DNA from: Candidatus Levyibacteriota bacterium
GTDB taxonomy: Bacteria; Patescibacteriota; Microgenomatia; Levybacterales; UBA12049
NCBI GenBank assembly: GCA_016186625.1
Contig: JACPLG010000008.1
Location: 147,142 to 211,141, forward strand
Direction: 5' to 3'
Length of the DNA stretch: 64,000 nucleotides
Both the position numbers and the translations under genes were made by a program. Positions 10,753-19,873 of this stretch are shown here, piece by piece. The notes under the pieces were generated by a model. That model was not told where the DNA came from and made no database searches. It saw nothing but the letters and a program-made list of their open reading frames with translations. The first letter of the stretch is position 1. Each line of letters starts with the position of its first letter.

Positions 10753-12069
10753 ATGAAAAGTATATTTAAAGTTATAAATTTAACTATTGCGGGTGTACTT
10801 ATTGCTGTTGCAATTGGAGTTGCCTATATTGCACTTCCCTTTTTTGGCAATCAGGCTTTAATTGTCCGCTCAGGATCCATGAGTCCTGCAATTGATGTGG
10901 GATCTGTAGCAGTTGTTTCTGCAAAGCAGAACCTTCTACCATTTAGTAAACCTGCTATTGCGCAAGTATATAAAACCGGAGATGTTATTGCATTTCGTTC
11001 AGAAAAAAACAAGGAGATAATAGTAACTCATAGAATTGTCAATGTAATTACAGAAAATAATAAAACGCTTTATAGGACTCAGGGGGATGCAAATGATGAT
11101 CCGGACGCTGGACTTGTAAAAAGTGAAAATGTTTTGGGAAAAGCCAACATAGTTATTCCGTATGTTGGAAAAGTCCTGGCTTTTGCCAAGTCAGACATAG
11201 GATTCCCTGCTCTTATATTATTTCCGGCGGTTCTTGTAATACTATTTGAGACCTGGTCAATCATAAAAGAAATTCGCAAACGAAAACAGCTAAATGACAG
11301 ATTTGGATTTGTGAATTTTGATCTTAGAAAGAAAAATAAAGTTAGCTTTTTTGGGCTTAGAGTTTTAATTCCTCTTTTAATATTCAGTCTTTTTATCCCA
11401 AGCACTATTGCCTTTTTCAGCGATTCAGAAACCTCAACCGGAAATGTCTTCCAAGCCGCGGAGAATTTTCCGCCGCAAACTGATCATCTTGTAATTAGTG
11501 AAGTTCAAATAGACGGAGGTATTGCTCAAAACAAAGACAATGATTTCATAGAATTGTATAATCCCACTTCGTCACCAATTAATTTAGAGGGATATAGACT
11601 TGTAAAAAGAACAGGCAATTCCCCTAATGACACAAATATAATTACTTTTACCTCATCACACATAATACCTGCTCATGATTATTTTTTATGGGCTCATGTG
11701 TCTGGAGGTCAAAATCCTAATAATTTTGGCATAAATATTGGGGCTGATGTAACATCATCAGATACGCTTTCTGCAAGCAATAGTGTCGCGATTAGGTTTG
11801 GAGATCTTAATACTGGAACCATCGTAGACGCATTAAGCTGGGATCCTGGCGCGTCATCACTGAAAGAAGGCTCTCAGTTTCCATCAAATCCTTCAGCAAA
11901 TCAAAGCATGGAAAGGAAGGCTTATTCAACATCAACACAGGCAACAATGGAAGGCGGAGCAGATGCTTCAAAGGGAAATGGATTTGATTCAAATGATAAT
12001 TCAGTTGATTTTATCTTAAGATTAGTTTCGCAGCCGCAAAATTCAAGTAGCACGCCTGAAATACCATGA
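10753..12069 (+). CDS. sipW: SipW-type (S26B) signal peptidase fused to a SipW-cognate signal peptide and a lamin-tail (LTD) domain
   Basis: VRSGSMSP, IVTHRI, QGDANDDPD; internal STIA|FFSDSETSTGNVFQA; LVISEV...DFIELYNPTSSPINLEGY LTD signature; start moved to MKSIF. Confidence 0.85.
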   Translation: MKSIFKVINLTIAGVLIAVAIGVAYIALPFFGNQALIVRSGSMSPAIDVGSVAVVSAKQNLLPFSKPAIAQVYKTGDVIAFRSEKNKEIIVTHRIVNVITENNKTLYRTQGDANDDPDAGLVKSENVLGKANIVIPYVGKVLAFAKSDIGFPALILFPAVLVILFETWSIIKEIRKRKQLNDRFGFVNFDLRKKNKVSFFGLRVLIPLLIFSLFIPSTIAFFSDSETSTGNVFQAAENFPPQTDHLVISEVQIDGGIAQNKDNDFIELYNPTSSPINLEGYRLVKRTGNSPNDTNIITFTSSHIIPAHDYFLWAHVSGGQNPNNFGINIGADVTSSDTLSASNSVAIRFGDLNTGTIVDALSWDPGASSLKEGSQFPSNPSANQSMERKAYSTSTQATMEGGADASKGNGFDSNDNSVDFILRLVSQPQNSSSTPEIP

Positions 12070-13166
12070 AAAAAAGAAGTATTAAAAAAAGATTATTAAC
12101 GATTGTTTCGTTGTCTTTGATTGTATTAGTAGCTTTGCAGACTAACCTTTTTGGACTTCTTGAGAGGAAAACCGCTTATGCCGTTGGGGATCTTAATGTC
12201 ATCTGGGGAGTGCCTGACGGGGATCCAATATTTGTAGTTGAAAATATGCTTCCCGGGGACATGGAGGATAGAAATGTTGATGTTATTAACGGTGCTTCTT
12301 CATCAAGAGACGTTGGAGTAAGAGGCGTTAAGACTGAGGAAATTGCAAGTTTTTCCGGGATTTTAGATTTTGTAATTTCAGAGAATGGTTCGCCTATTTA
12401 CGGAACAGGAAGTTCTACTGGTCCTAAAACCTTGCAGCAGTTTTTTGATGAGTCCGCTGGACCAAATGGACTTTTTCTTTCAACACTAAGTTCCGGAGAT
12501 ACAACTACATATAACTTTAAAGCTACTTTTCCAGAAGGATCTGGAAATGAATATCAGGGAGCAAGAGTTGTATTTGATCTTATTATAGGTATCTCAATTC
12601 CAATCCAGGGGTGTGAGGGCATTGATCTTTTACCAAATCCCATAATTGGAACTGAGAAAGCAGAAACTATCAGAGGAACGCCGGGAAATGATCTAATTCT
12701 GGGACTTGAGGGAGCGGACATAATTTATGGTATGGGCGGGCACGACTGCATAATCGGTGGTCCTGGAGCAGAGAATTCTATTTTTGGGGGTCCCGGGAAT
12801 GATGTTATTTTTGGAAATGAAGGCGCAGATTCAATTTATGGGCAAGGAGGAGACGATACTATGTTTGGAGGAGAGGGAGCAGATAAAATCAGTGGCGGAA
12901 CGGGGAACGATCACCTGATAGGAGGAGATGATGCAGACGTTTTGGAAGGAGGTCCTGGAAATGACCATCTTGAGGGAGGAGACGGACCGGATGATTTGAG
13001 AGGAGGGGCTGGAAATGATTTACTTGAAGGTCAAGACGGAGCAGACACAATGCGGGGTAACTCAGGACAGGATAACTTGATAGGAGGTGCAGGAAATGAC
13101 TTTGCTCATGGAGGCGGGGGCACTGATACCTGCGATGCCGAAACAGAGATAAGCTGCGAACTCTAA
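12066..13166 (+). CDS. Secreted protein: TasA-like domain plus RTX/hemolysin-type Ca-binding GGxGxD repeats
   Basis: N-terminal signal, NMLPGD...SGNEYQGA..FDL, then many GGxGND/GxxGAD nonapeptides. Confidence 0.8.
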   Translation: MKKRSIKKRLLTIVSLSLIVLVALQTNLFGLLERKTAYAVGDLNVIWGVPDGDPIFVVENMLPGDMEDRNVDVINGASSSRDVGVRGVKTEEIASFSGILDFVISENGSPIYGTGSSTGPKTLQQFFDESAGPNGLFLSTLSSGDTTTYNFKATFPEGSGNEYQGARVVFDLIIGISIPIQGCEGIDLLPNPIIGTEKAETIRGTPGNDLILGLEGADIIYGMGGHDCIIGGPGAENSIFGGPGNDVIFGNEGADSIYGQGGDDTMFGGEGADKISGGTGNDHLIGGDDADVLEGGPGNDHLEGGDGPDDLRGGAGNDLLEGQDGADTMRGNSGQDNLIGGAGNDFAHGGGGTDTCDAETEISCEL

Positions 13167-13729
13167 CTTATGGCCTCTGCAAAAACTAATAACCTTTTAA
13201 GAGTTGTCCCCACTGGCCAGCAGGTTTGGAGAATCAGCTGGTCTTTTGTTTGCTCCGTTAAGTATCTTACCTCATTAGGCCAAACATTTTTTTTGTCAAC
13301 AACAGCGTATCTATAAATTTTTCCGTCTTTTTTAATTTCTACCTCATCCCCTTTCTCAAGTTCACCAAGTCTAAAGAAAATTGTATTATAGCTTGCTATT
13401 TCTATTGGATTTCCGGAGGAATGGGCAAAAATAAATACACTTCCCCTTTCTCCTGGAAGAGGTGTTCCTTTTGCATGAGCAACTCCCCTTTTAAGAGCTT
13501 TTTTATATTCTCCTTCATTAAATGGATCAACTCCAAAAATGATTGGAGCCTGCGCCTTTATCTTAGAGACAGTAAGATAACTTCCTTTAAGCTCAGCCTC
13601 ACTTTTAATAGTTTTAGGAAGCAAATAAATTGAAATTATAGGGTAACCTATCAGGAAAAGAATGAGCAAAGACAAAACTATAAATAAGTTTCCAACGTGA
13701 TAGGATAATGGCTTGGTTTTTGTTTTCAT
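13163..13729 (-). CDS. Sortase
   Basis: N-terminal TM, FAHSS (His), LILQTCWP (Cys), KRLLV (Arg). Confidence 0.92.
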   Translation of the reverse strand: MKTKTKPLSYHVGNLFIVLSLLILFLIGYPIISIYLLPKTIKSEAELKGSYLTVSKIKAQAPIIFGVDPFNEGEYKKALKRGVAHAKGTPLPGERGSVFIFAHSSGNPIEIASYNTIFFRLGELEKGDEVEIKKDGKIYRYAVVDKKNVWPNEVRYLTEQTKDQLILQTCWPVGTTLKRLLVFAEAIS

Positions 13730-13777
13730 GGGTTGTATTATATAAAAAATCCCGATTGTAAAACCGGGATAATTTAG

Positions 13778-14893
13778 TTAAGCTGCCACAAGAAAATTTG
13801 GGGATCTTCCTGATCGCAACCGCAGGTACCACCCAAAGAAGAACATCATTATGCTTCCTATTATCATAAGTATTGTCCATAAGCCGCCGGTTACCGGAAG
13901 AATATCACCGGGACTAATTGCAGCGGCAAGCACTTCCCCTGCTTTTCCAACGCCATTACCTGCGCCATTTGCTCCATTTTGAGTGGGAACCTGGGGTGGA
14001 GCTGCGCCCGGAGGAATTTCTTTTTCTTTTTCTTTTTCACAGCACTCAACGTCAACTAAAGTTACATTTATCGGGCCATTTTCAATTACTGATTCAAAAA
14101 TTATATCACCGGTTGTTATTGAGACGCTTCCTCCGCTATTGTCATTTGCGCGATTTCCGCCTGTGTTTAGGTCCCAATTACTGTTATTTACAATAGTAGC
14201 GGAGTTATTAACCGAGATATCAATCAAGCTATCTATGTTTAGATTTATAGTGTTTACAGAGTCCGAGCCATTGCCATCGACTTTTAGAAAAACACTTTGG
14301 CCACCGTCTGCTATTCTAAGACTGGATATGTTGATCCATTTATTTTTAATAGTGTCCGTTGCATAAATGCTTCCAGTTGAAATTGAGACATTTCCTCCTG
14401 TGTTTCCATTTGCCTGGTTGTTACCTGTATTGACATACCCGTTAACATAATTTGAGATATTGGCATTTTGATTGATATTAATTGTAACTTGATTGTTTTG
14501 GGTTGAGCTGACAGAGTTCTGTGAGCCTGATCCATTTCCTGACACGCTGATATTTGTCCCCGGGGCACAGCAAACATTTGAAGCTACGGAGTTATTGATA
14601 TTCGAATTGTCGATTGAGGAATTTACCGAAGCATCTCCAGTGGTAATTGCCGTATTTCCACCTGTGTTATCATTTGCTTTATTGTTGCCGGTATCGGCAT
14701 TAATATCTACGTTGTTATTAACGTCTGCTTCATTGTTCTGATTAAGAGCGGTTGTGGATGTATTATTAACTGAGACATTGCTTTGCGAGTCGCTTCCGTT
14801 TCCAGAAACAGTAATCTCATCAGCATTTGCTAAAGCTGTTGTGAACAAAGTCGGCAGAAGAGCCAAGCATATAATTAAAATTTTCCTTGTCAT
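13778..14893 (-). CDS. Asn-rich ~90-aa repeat protein (3 repeats) with LPVTG sortase sorting signal
   Basis: Signal peptide; repeats GNGSxSxN...QNNxA...TGxNxANxNTGG..ITTGD; C-terminal ILPVTGG + TM + RLRSGR. Confidence 0.8.
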   Translation of the reverse strand: MTRKILIICLALLPTLFTTALANADEITVSGNGSDSQSNVSVNNTSTTALNQNNEADVNNNVDINADTGNNKANDNTGGNTAITTGDASVNSSIDNSNINNSVASNVCCAPGTNISVSGNGSGSQNSVSSTQNNQVTININQNANISNYVNGYVNTGNNQANGNTGGNVSISTGSIYATDTIKNKWINISSLRIADGGQSVFLKVDGNGSDSVNTINLNIDSLIDISVNNSATIVNNSNWDLNTGGNRANDNSGGSVSITTGDIIFESVIENGPINVTLVDVECCEKEKEKEIPPGAAPPQVPTQNGANGAGNGVGKAGEVLAAAISPGDILPVTGGLWTILMIIGSIMMFFFGWYLRLRSGRSPNFLVAA

Positions 14894-14995
14894 TTTTTAT
14901 GGATGTTCACCCTGAGGCAGACTAGTGGACACCTGTAATTCTACTATTATTTATTATTTTTTGAATTACTGGCAAAAGAGTGTAAGAACTTTGTG

Positions 14996-17155
14996 TTAAA
15001 ACTTACTACTTTCTCTTGCTCTTATAATTTTCAACCCTCTTCTAATAAGTATTATTAATGCTAAGACGGGTGTTGCTAACAGCAACCAGGCCAAATTAAT
15101 TCTGGTTTTATCTTTATCTGCCAGGATCCCAAGGTTAGTATTTTGTGTTCCTGCAATAAGTTCGGCTGGAACACTTAGGTTTTCGTCACTTGACGGCCCA
15201 AAAGAGAAACTTGGATAAGAGAATGGTCCCGCAGCCGCAATGACATTGCTACTTCCCGCAACCGCCGTATTAGTGTTATTTGAATTTGCGGATACCCAAC
15301 CCCCACCGTTATTATCAGACGAGTTATTGCCAGAGGAGCTATTACTGGTTTGCGGACCTCCTTGGGCAAGCACTTCTCCCGAATCTTTGTGAGCCCCGGG
15401 AGTCAGGAAATCACCAGCCCAACTCCCAAAGACATTAACCATTGTTACAAGTAATTTTCCGCCAACTATATTGTTATTCACAAAGTTTACAATATTGGCT
15501 ATAACTCCCGCATCTCCTGTTGTAATTGAGGAGCTGCCTCCTGTATTGTCATTTGCGCTATTTCCTCCGGTGTTTGCCGAAAGATTGACATTATTTACCA
15601 CATTTGCGGTGTTGGTTTGATTGGTATTATTGTTGACTTCGGAGCTAACAGTGCCATTATTTGTTGATCCTGTCCCATTTCCCTCATTTGTGACTGTAAT
15701 TGCTCCAAACACGTCTTCGCTAAACTGTGTTCCGTCAGATCCTGCATAAAGAGATCCGGCCGGTGCTCCAAAGAGTTTTCCAACCCAATTTCCTGCCTCG
15801 TTTATGATGACCAGCCACATATTTCCACCTAGAAGATTCATATTTGCAATATTAAGAAGATTGGCATCAATTTTTACATTCCCTGTGCTAATAGTACTGC
15901 TTCCTCCGGTATTTCCGCTTGTTGAGTTGTCTCCTGTGGTTGCATCAATAGTGAGATGATTATCAATATTTGCCGTATTAAATTGATTTATAGTGTCATT
16001 AATATTCTGGGCAACATTAGCATTATTATCGGAATTACTTCCATTCCCTATGTTGGCCAGGCTAATATTCCCGCAAACCGGGCAAATTGTTCCAAAAACG
16101 CCCTCGGGAAGAATAATATCTCCTACCAAGTTTCCGAAAATGTTTACTACGCCATATACTACATTTCCAGAAAGATTATTGTTGAGGAATGTTAATAAGT
16201 TAGCAGCTACGTTAGCATCACCTGTTGTGATTGAGGAATCACCACCGGTATTTCCGCTGGCGGTATTATCACCAGAATTTGCCAAAAGATCCATGTTGTT
16301 AATTACTGTGCCATAATTTGTTTGATTAGTATCATTATTAACAGTGGAGTCTATATTCGCGCTGTTATCCGAGTTTGAGCCATTCCCAATGTTTGATGCT
16401 TCAAATACTCCGCAGCCTAAAATACAACTTGCCCCATAATCAAGTAGATAATCTCCAATGTGGTCATCTACTATATTAAACTCAGAGACTGCAACGCCAG
16501 CAACATTTGTATTTGCAGCTGTAATTATTGTTCCCGACGTATTAGCATCTCCTGTATTTATTGTAGAATTTCCTCCAGTATTATTTGATGCTGAGTTCTG
16601 TCCGCTTACTGCAGCGCCTGTCAAATCATTATTGATATTTGCGCTGTTATTCTGATTAGTATTATTGTTCTGGGCGAGTGTAGCCGAGCCGCTGTTGTTG
16701 GAATTTGATCCGTTCTCCGAATTCACAACTGAGACTGCGGGGCTAGATCCTGTTCCAGTCCCATTGCAGCATGGATTAGTTGTAGCAACATTTGTATTTG
16801 CGTTTGTCAGGATATTTCCATCGCTTGTTGCCGTTCCTGTATCAACAGTAGTGTCGCCAGTATTGCCATCATAATTGGTTCCTGTCTGGTTCTGTGGCTG
16901 GGTGCTTGTTGTATTCTCCGAAGACGTGGGACTTATCTCCTGGATCGTTTGGTTTTGTGTTGTATCAACAGATTGGCTTGTTGGCTCAGGGTTACTGCTT
17001 ATAGCTTGACTGGCCGATTGTCCACTTTGGGCCTGTTGTCCACTTTGGGCCTGTTGTGCTTCTTGGGCCAAGACATAAGATGAACCAAATATACCAAGGT
17101 TTAGAAAAAGGACTGTAATTAGAACTATTGATACAATTTTTTTTATCTTCCTCAT
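14996..17155 (-). CDS. Asn-rich repeat protein (~4.5 repeats) with C-terminal TM anchor
   Basis: Same repeat unit, Cys clusters PCC, CILGC, CPVC; C-terminal TM followed by basic tail. Confidence 0.8.
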   Translation of the reverse strand: MRKIKKIVSIVLITVLFLNLGIFGSSYVLAQEAQQAQSGQQAQSGQSASQAISSNPEPTSQSVDTTQNQTIQEISPTSSENTTSTQPQNQTGTNYDGNTGDTTVDTGTATSDGNILTNANTNVATTNPCCNGTGTGSSPAVSVVNSENGSNSNNSGSATLAQNNNTNQNNSANINNDLTGAAVSGQNSASNNTGGNSTINTGDANTSGTIITAANTNVAGVAVSEFNIVDDHIGDYLLDYGASCILGCGVFEASNIGNGSNSDNSANIDSTVNNDTNQTNYGTVINNMDLLANSGDNTASGNTGGDSSITTGDANVAANLLTFLNNNLSGNVVYGVVNIFGNLVGDIILPEGVFGTICPVCGNISLANIGNGSNSDNNANVAQNINDTINQFNTANIDNHLTIDATTGDNSTSGNTGGSSTISTGNVKIDANLLNIANMNLLGGNMWLVIINEAGNWVGKLFGAPAGSLYAGSDGTQFSEDVFGAITVTNEGNGTGSTNNGTVSSEVNNNTNQTNTANVVNNVNLSANTGGNSANDNTGGSSSITTGDAGVIANIVNFVNNNIVGGKLLVTMVNVFGSWAGDFLTPGAHKDSGEVLAQGGPQTSNSSSGNNSSDNNGGGWVSANSNNTNTAVAGSSNVIAAAGPFSYPSFSFGPSSDENLSVPAELIAGTQNTNLGILADKDKTRINLAWLLLATPVLALIILIRRGLKIIRARESSKF

Positions 17156-17224
17156 TTATTTAAAACCTCTAATCTGAAATTTAATGTTTAAATTTTAAGT
17201 TATAAGTTTTAAATTTATCTTTTC

Positions 17225-17266
17225 GGGTAGGGTATCTTGCAAGTGCTAACAAGACACCCTACTCCA
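17225..17266 (-). terminator. Strong intergenic hairpin after the first repeat-protein gene (partial terminator or mRNA stabiliser)
   Basis: Minus strand gtagggtgtcttg ... caagataccctac. Confidence 0.5.
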
Positions 17267-17273
17267 TAAAAGA

Positions 17274-18515
17274 TTAAAGACCTAACAAGGCTAACAGATC
17301 CGAAAGACTAAAGTTGAAACTAAAGTCGAAATCGAAATCGAAATCTGGTAGTTCAAAGTCAGAGTCTTCTCCGAAAACATTGACATTTCCTGATGTGGAT
17401 ACGTCAACATTTGTCTCGGAATCGCCGGTTTCGATGGATGGATCTCCATCACCGCCGGACGTGTTATCCTCGGCATCGTTTTTGCCTGTGTCTGCATCAA
17501 CGTTTACGTCATTATTAACGTCAGCATCATTATCTTGATCTACATCCAGGTCAGAATTTAGATTGACATTAACAGTGTTATCGGAGTTGGACCCATTCCC
17601 GTCAACCTTAACGGTTAGGTCTCCAAATAGACATCCGCAATCTGCTGCAGCGTGATTAAAGTTAACCCATGTGTCAACATTAACGTTTGCTTCAGCATCT
17701 CCGGTGTCTATGACAACGTCACCGTCTCCGGTGTTATTGTTAGCGTCGTTGTTTCCTGTATCTAAGTCAACATCAACGTAATTTCTAACATCCGCGTCAT
17801 TGTCTTGATCAATATCAATATCGCTTTTAAGATTTGCGATTATGTCGTTGTCTGAGTTGGAGCCGTTTCCGGTTATCCAGAGGCTTAATGACCCTCCTCC
17901 TCCGTTGTTTCCTCCAACCACTGCGTGATTGAAGTTGGCTACGGTGTTAAGAGAAACATTGCCCTTCGCATTCCCGGTTTTGATAGAAACTCCTCCGTCT
18001 CCTGTATTACCGTTGGCGTCGTTTCTTCCTGTGTCAAGATCAACATTTACGTTATTGCGAACGTATGCGTCATTATTCTGATCAATGTTTATGTCGTTGT
18101 TTGAGTTAAGATTAACGGTATTATCAGAATTTGATCCGTTATTGCTGATTTTGACCTCAGTGTTGCCGTTATCGCAACAATCAACGCTTGCCCAGTTTCC
18201 ATTAAGGGTGTTGTTAACGCTAACATCTGCCTTCGCGTTTCCAGTCTCAATTGAGACCTCTCCGTTACCAGTGTTATTGTTGGCATCGTTGTTACCTGTG
18301 TCGGCATCAACGTTGACATTATTTCTAACATTGGCGTCGTTATTTTGGTCTACATTAACATCTCTATTAAGATTTACGACTGCATCATTGTTAGAGTTAG
18401 ACCCATTACCGTTTATGATAATGGTGGTTTCGGCAAAAGCTAATGGCAAAAGCGCATTAGCAAGTACTGCTCCGGTTGCGATTCCTGTAGCTAGTTTTGT
18501 TTTTAAATCTAACAT
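17274..18515 (-). CDS. Secreted acidic Asn/Asp-rich repeat protein (4 repeats, no anchor), putative major fibre subunit
   Basis: Start MLDLKTK preceded by RBS GGGGGTGA; signal ending AFA; four ~90-aa repeats; DCC and DCGC linkers. Confidence 0.8.
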   Translation of the reverse strand: MLDLKTKLATGIATGAVLANALLPLAFAETTIIINGNGSNSNNDAVVNLNRDVNVDQNNDANVRNNVNVDADTGNNDANNNTGNGEVSIETGNAKADVSVNNTLNGNWASVDCCDNGNTEVKISNNGSNSDNTVNLNSNNDINIDQNNDAYVRNNVNVDLDTGRNDANGNTGDGGVSIKTGNAKGNVSLNTVANFNHAVVGGNNGGGGSLSLWITGNGSNSDNDIIANLKSDIDIDQDNDADVRNYVDVDLDTGNNDANNNTGDGDVVIDTGDAEANVNVDTWVNFNHAAADCGCLFGDLTVKVDGNGSNSDNTVNVNLNSDLDVDQDNDADVNNDVNVDADTGKNDAEDNTSGGDGDPSIETGDSETNVDVSTSGNVNVFGEDSDFELPDFDFDFDFSFNFSLSDLLALLGL

Positions 18516-18619
18516 TAAGTAATTCACCCCCTCTCTTTTATTTATTTCTCCAGAATTTGGAGATTTATTCGTCGCCTGAGGCGACAGCACTTTTTTCCGC
18601 ACGTCCTAAACTCTCGTCT

Positions 18620-18687
18620 AAAACAAAAACGGAGGCCATTCCTCGTCCATACTACTAGGACAAGAAAAAGCCTCCGTTTGCGGTCAG
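18620..18687 (-). promoter_or_regulatory. Conserved leader RNA motif, copy 2, overlapping an intrinsic terminator
   Basis: Minus strand ctgaccgcAAACGGAGGC...GCCTCCGTTTttgtttt; the 3' half of the motif is the 5' arm of the terminator. Confidence 0.75.
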
Positions 18688-18732
18688 CCATCTAGTTCTA
18701 CACCCTACGATATAACACTAAATAAGCAATTG

Positions 18733-18990
18733 TCAATACTTAAAATTTAAGTTTATCCCAGATCCGCTTCCTTTTCTAAGAACTAACCCTGCAATTTTTT
18801 TATTTTCTTTTAAAGAAACCTTTGTTTTTTTGATTATTCTAGTAGAGATTTGAGTTATATGTCCGTCCTGTACTATTATTTCAACACTGCCGTATTTAAT
18901 ACCACCAAGTGCTTTTAGGATTTCTTTTAATGCATCGGCATTGACTTCGCTTACATTCATATTTTTTATGGCAGCTTTAACAATTCTCAT
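18733..18990 (-). CDS. YezD / DUF2292 family small protein
   Basis: EILKALGGIKYGSVEIIVQDGHITQI signature. Confidence 0.85.
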   Translation of the reverse strand: MRIVKAAIKNMNVSEVNADALKEILKALGGIKYGSVEIIVQDGHITQISTRIIKKTKVSLKENKKIAGLVLRKGSGSGINLNFKY

Positions 18991-19083
18991 ATAGGATGTC
19001 CTATATGAGCTATATATTAAAACTTATAAGCAGTAAAAGTAAACAAGAAAAATGCTTGAAAGAAGCAAGAATTATGTAAATTC

Positions 19084-19731
19084 TTACCTTTCAAGAGTTA
19101 GCTTTACCGCATCTTTTCTTCCTGTTATTTCTCCAACCATTAATATTATATTTTTGTCCGAATCATTAATTGGAAGACCAATCCTTGTATATTTTGTTGA
19201 ATTTGCCTGAATTTCAACCGGATCATTGTGAATCTCAGGAGCGAGTTGTTCCGCTGAATTATTTAATCTAACTCTAATATAGTCTTTTGCATTTATTTCA
19301 ATAGATTGTCTATAAGGATTTGTAATCTTAAGGTTCAGGATTAGAAATGTTCTTCCTTTTACGGCTCTGGCCAATTTTCCTTGATAGATAAATGCATCTT
19401 GAATATTTGCATTCTCAACCACATATTCAATTCTGCTTACTTCTTTTCCTTCAGAATCTCTAAGCGGAAATTCAAACTTTTTATTTAGCGTTTGAGTTGC
19501 TATGGGCTTTGGTGCATTTGCGCGCTCATCTAAGGAAATAGTGCCGCCTTGCGGAAAAAATCTTCCTCCTGCATAAAAAGCAACAGCCAAAAGAATGATA
19601 ATTAAAATAACAGGTCCTAGATTCTTTGGACGATTAAGTCCGTTTGAGTTAAAAGAGGGTTTTCTTATTCTTGAAGTAGCATATCGAAATCTGTTAGAAA
19701 AATCAGATCTTAAATTTATATTGTCAATCAT
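19084..19731 (-). CDS. Single-pass membrane protein with extracellular beta-sandwich (DUF4352-like)
   Basis: TM helix, then KGRTFLILNLKITN motif; start moved to MIDNIN. Confidence 0.6.
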   Translation of the reverse strand: MIDNINLRSDFSNRFRYATSRIRKPSFNSNGLNRPKNLGPVILIIILLAVAFYAGGRFFPQGGTISLDERANAPKPIATQTLNKKFEFPLRDSEGKEVSRIEYVVENANIQDAFIYQGKLARAVKGRTFLILNLKITNPYRQSIEINAKDYIRVRLNNSAEQLAPEIHNDPVEIQANSTKYTRIGLPINDSDKNIILMVGEITGRKDAVKLTLER

Positions 19732-19873
19732 TTCAAAAAAAAACTCCTGACGGACAGAAGCAAATGTAAGTGAATGTGATATTAACACTAGCAATTCTAT
19801 CCTGTCAAGAGGTAGAAATATACAGTTGATATTAGATAAATATATTCCTTAGGCAACTTCATGTTATAATGCT

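Noticed and set aside
17018-17057. 18-bp tandem duplication (QQAQSG x2)
   Set aside because: In-frame low-complexity linker duplication; no sign of phase variation.
13778-18515. Repeats as CRISPR array or DGR template/variable repeats
   Set aside because: Repetition is at protein level with synonymous divergence; no constant repeat-spacer pattern, and no cas or reverse transcriptase gene in the window.
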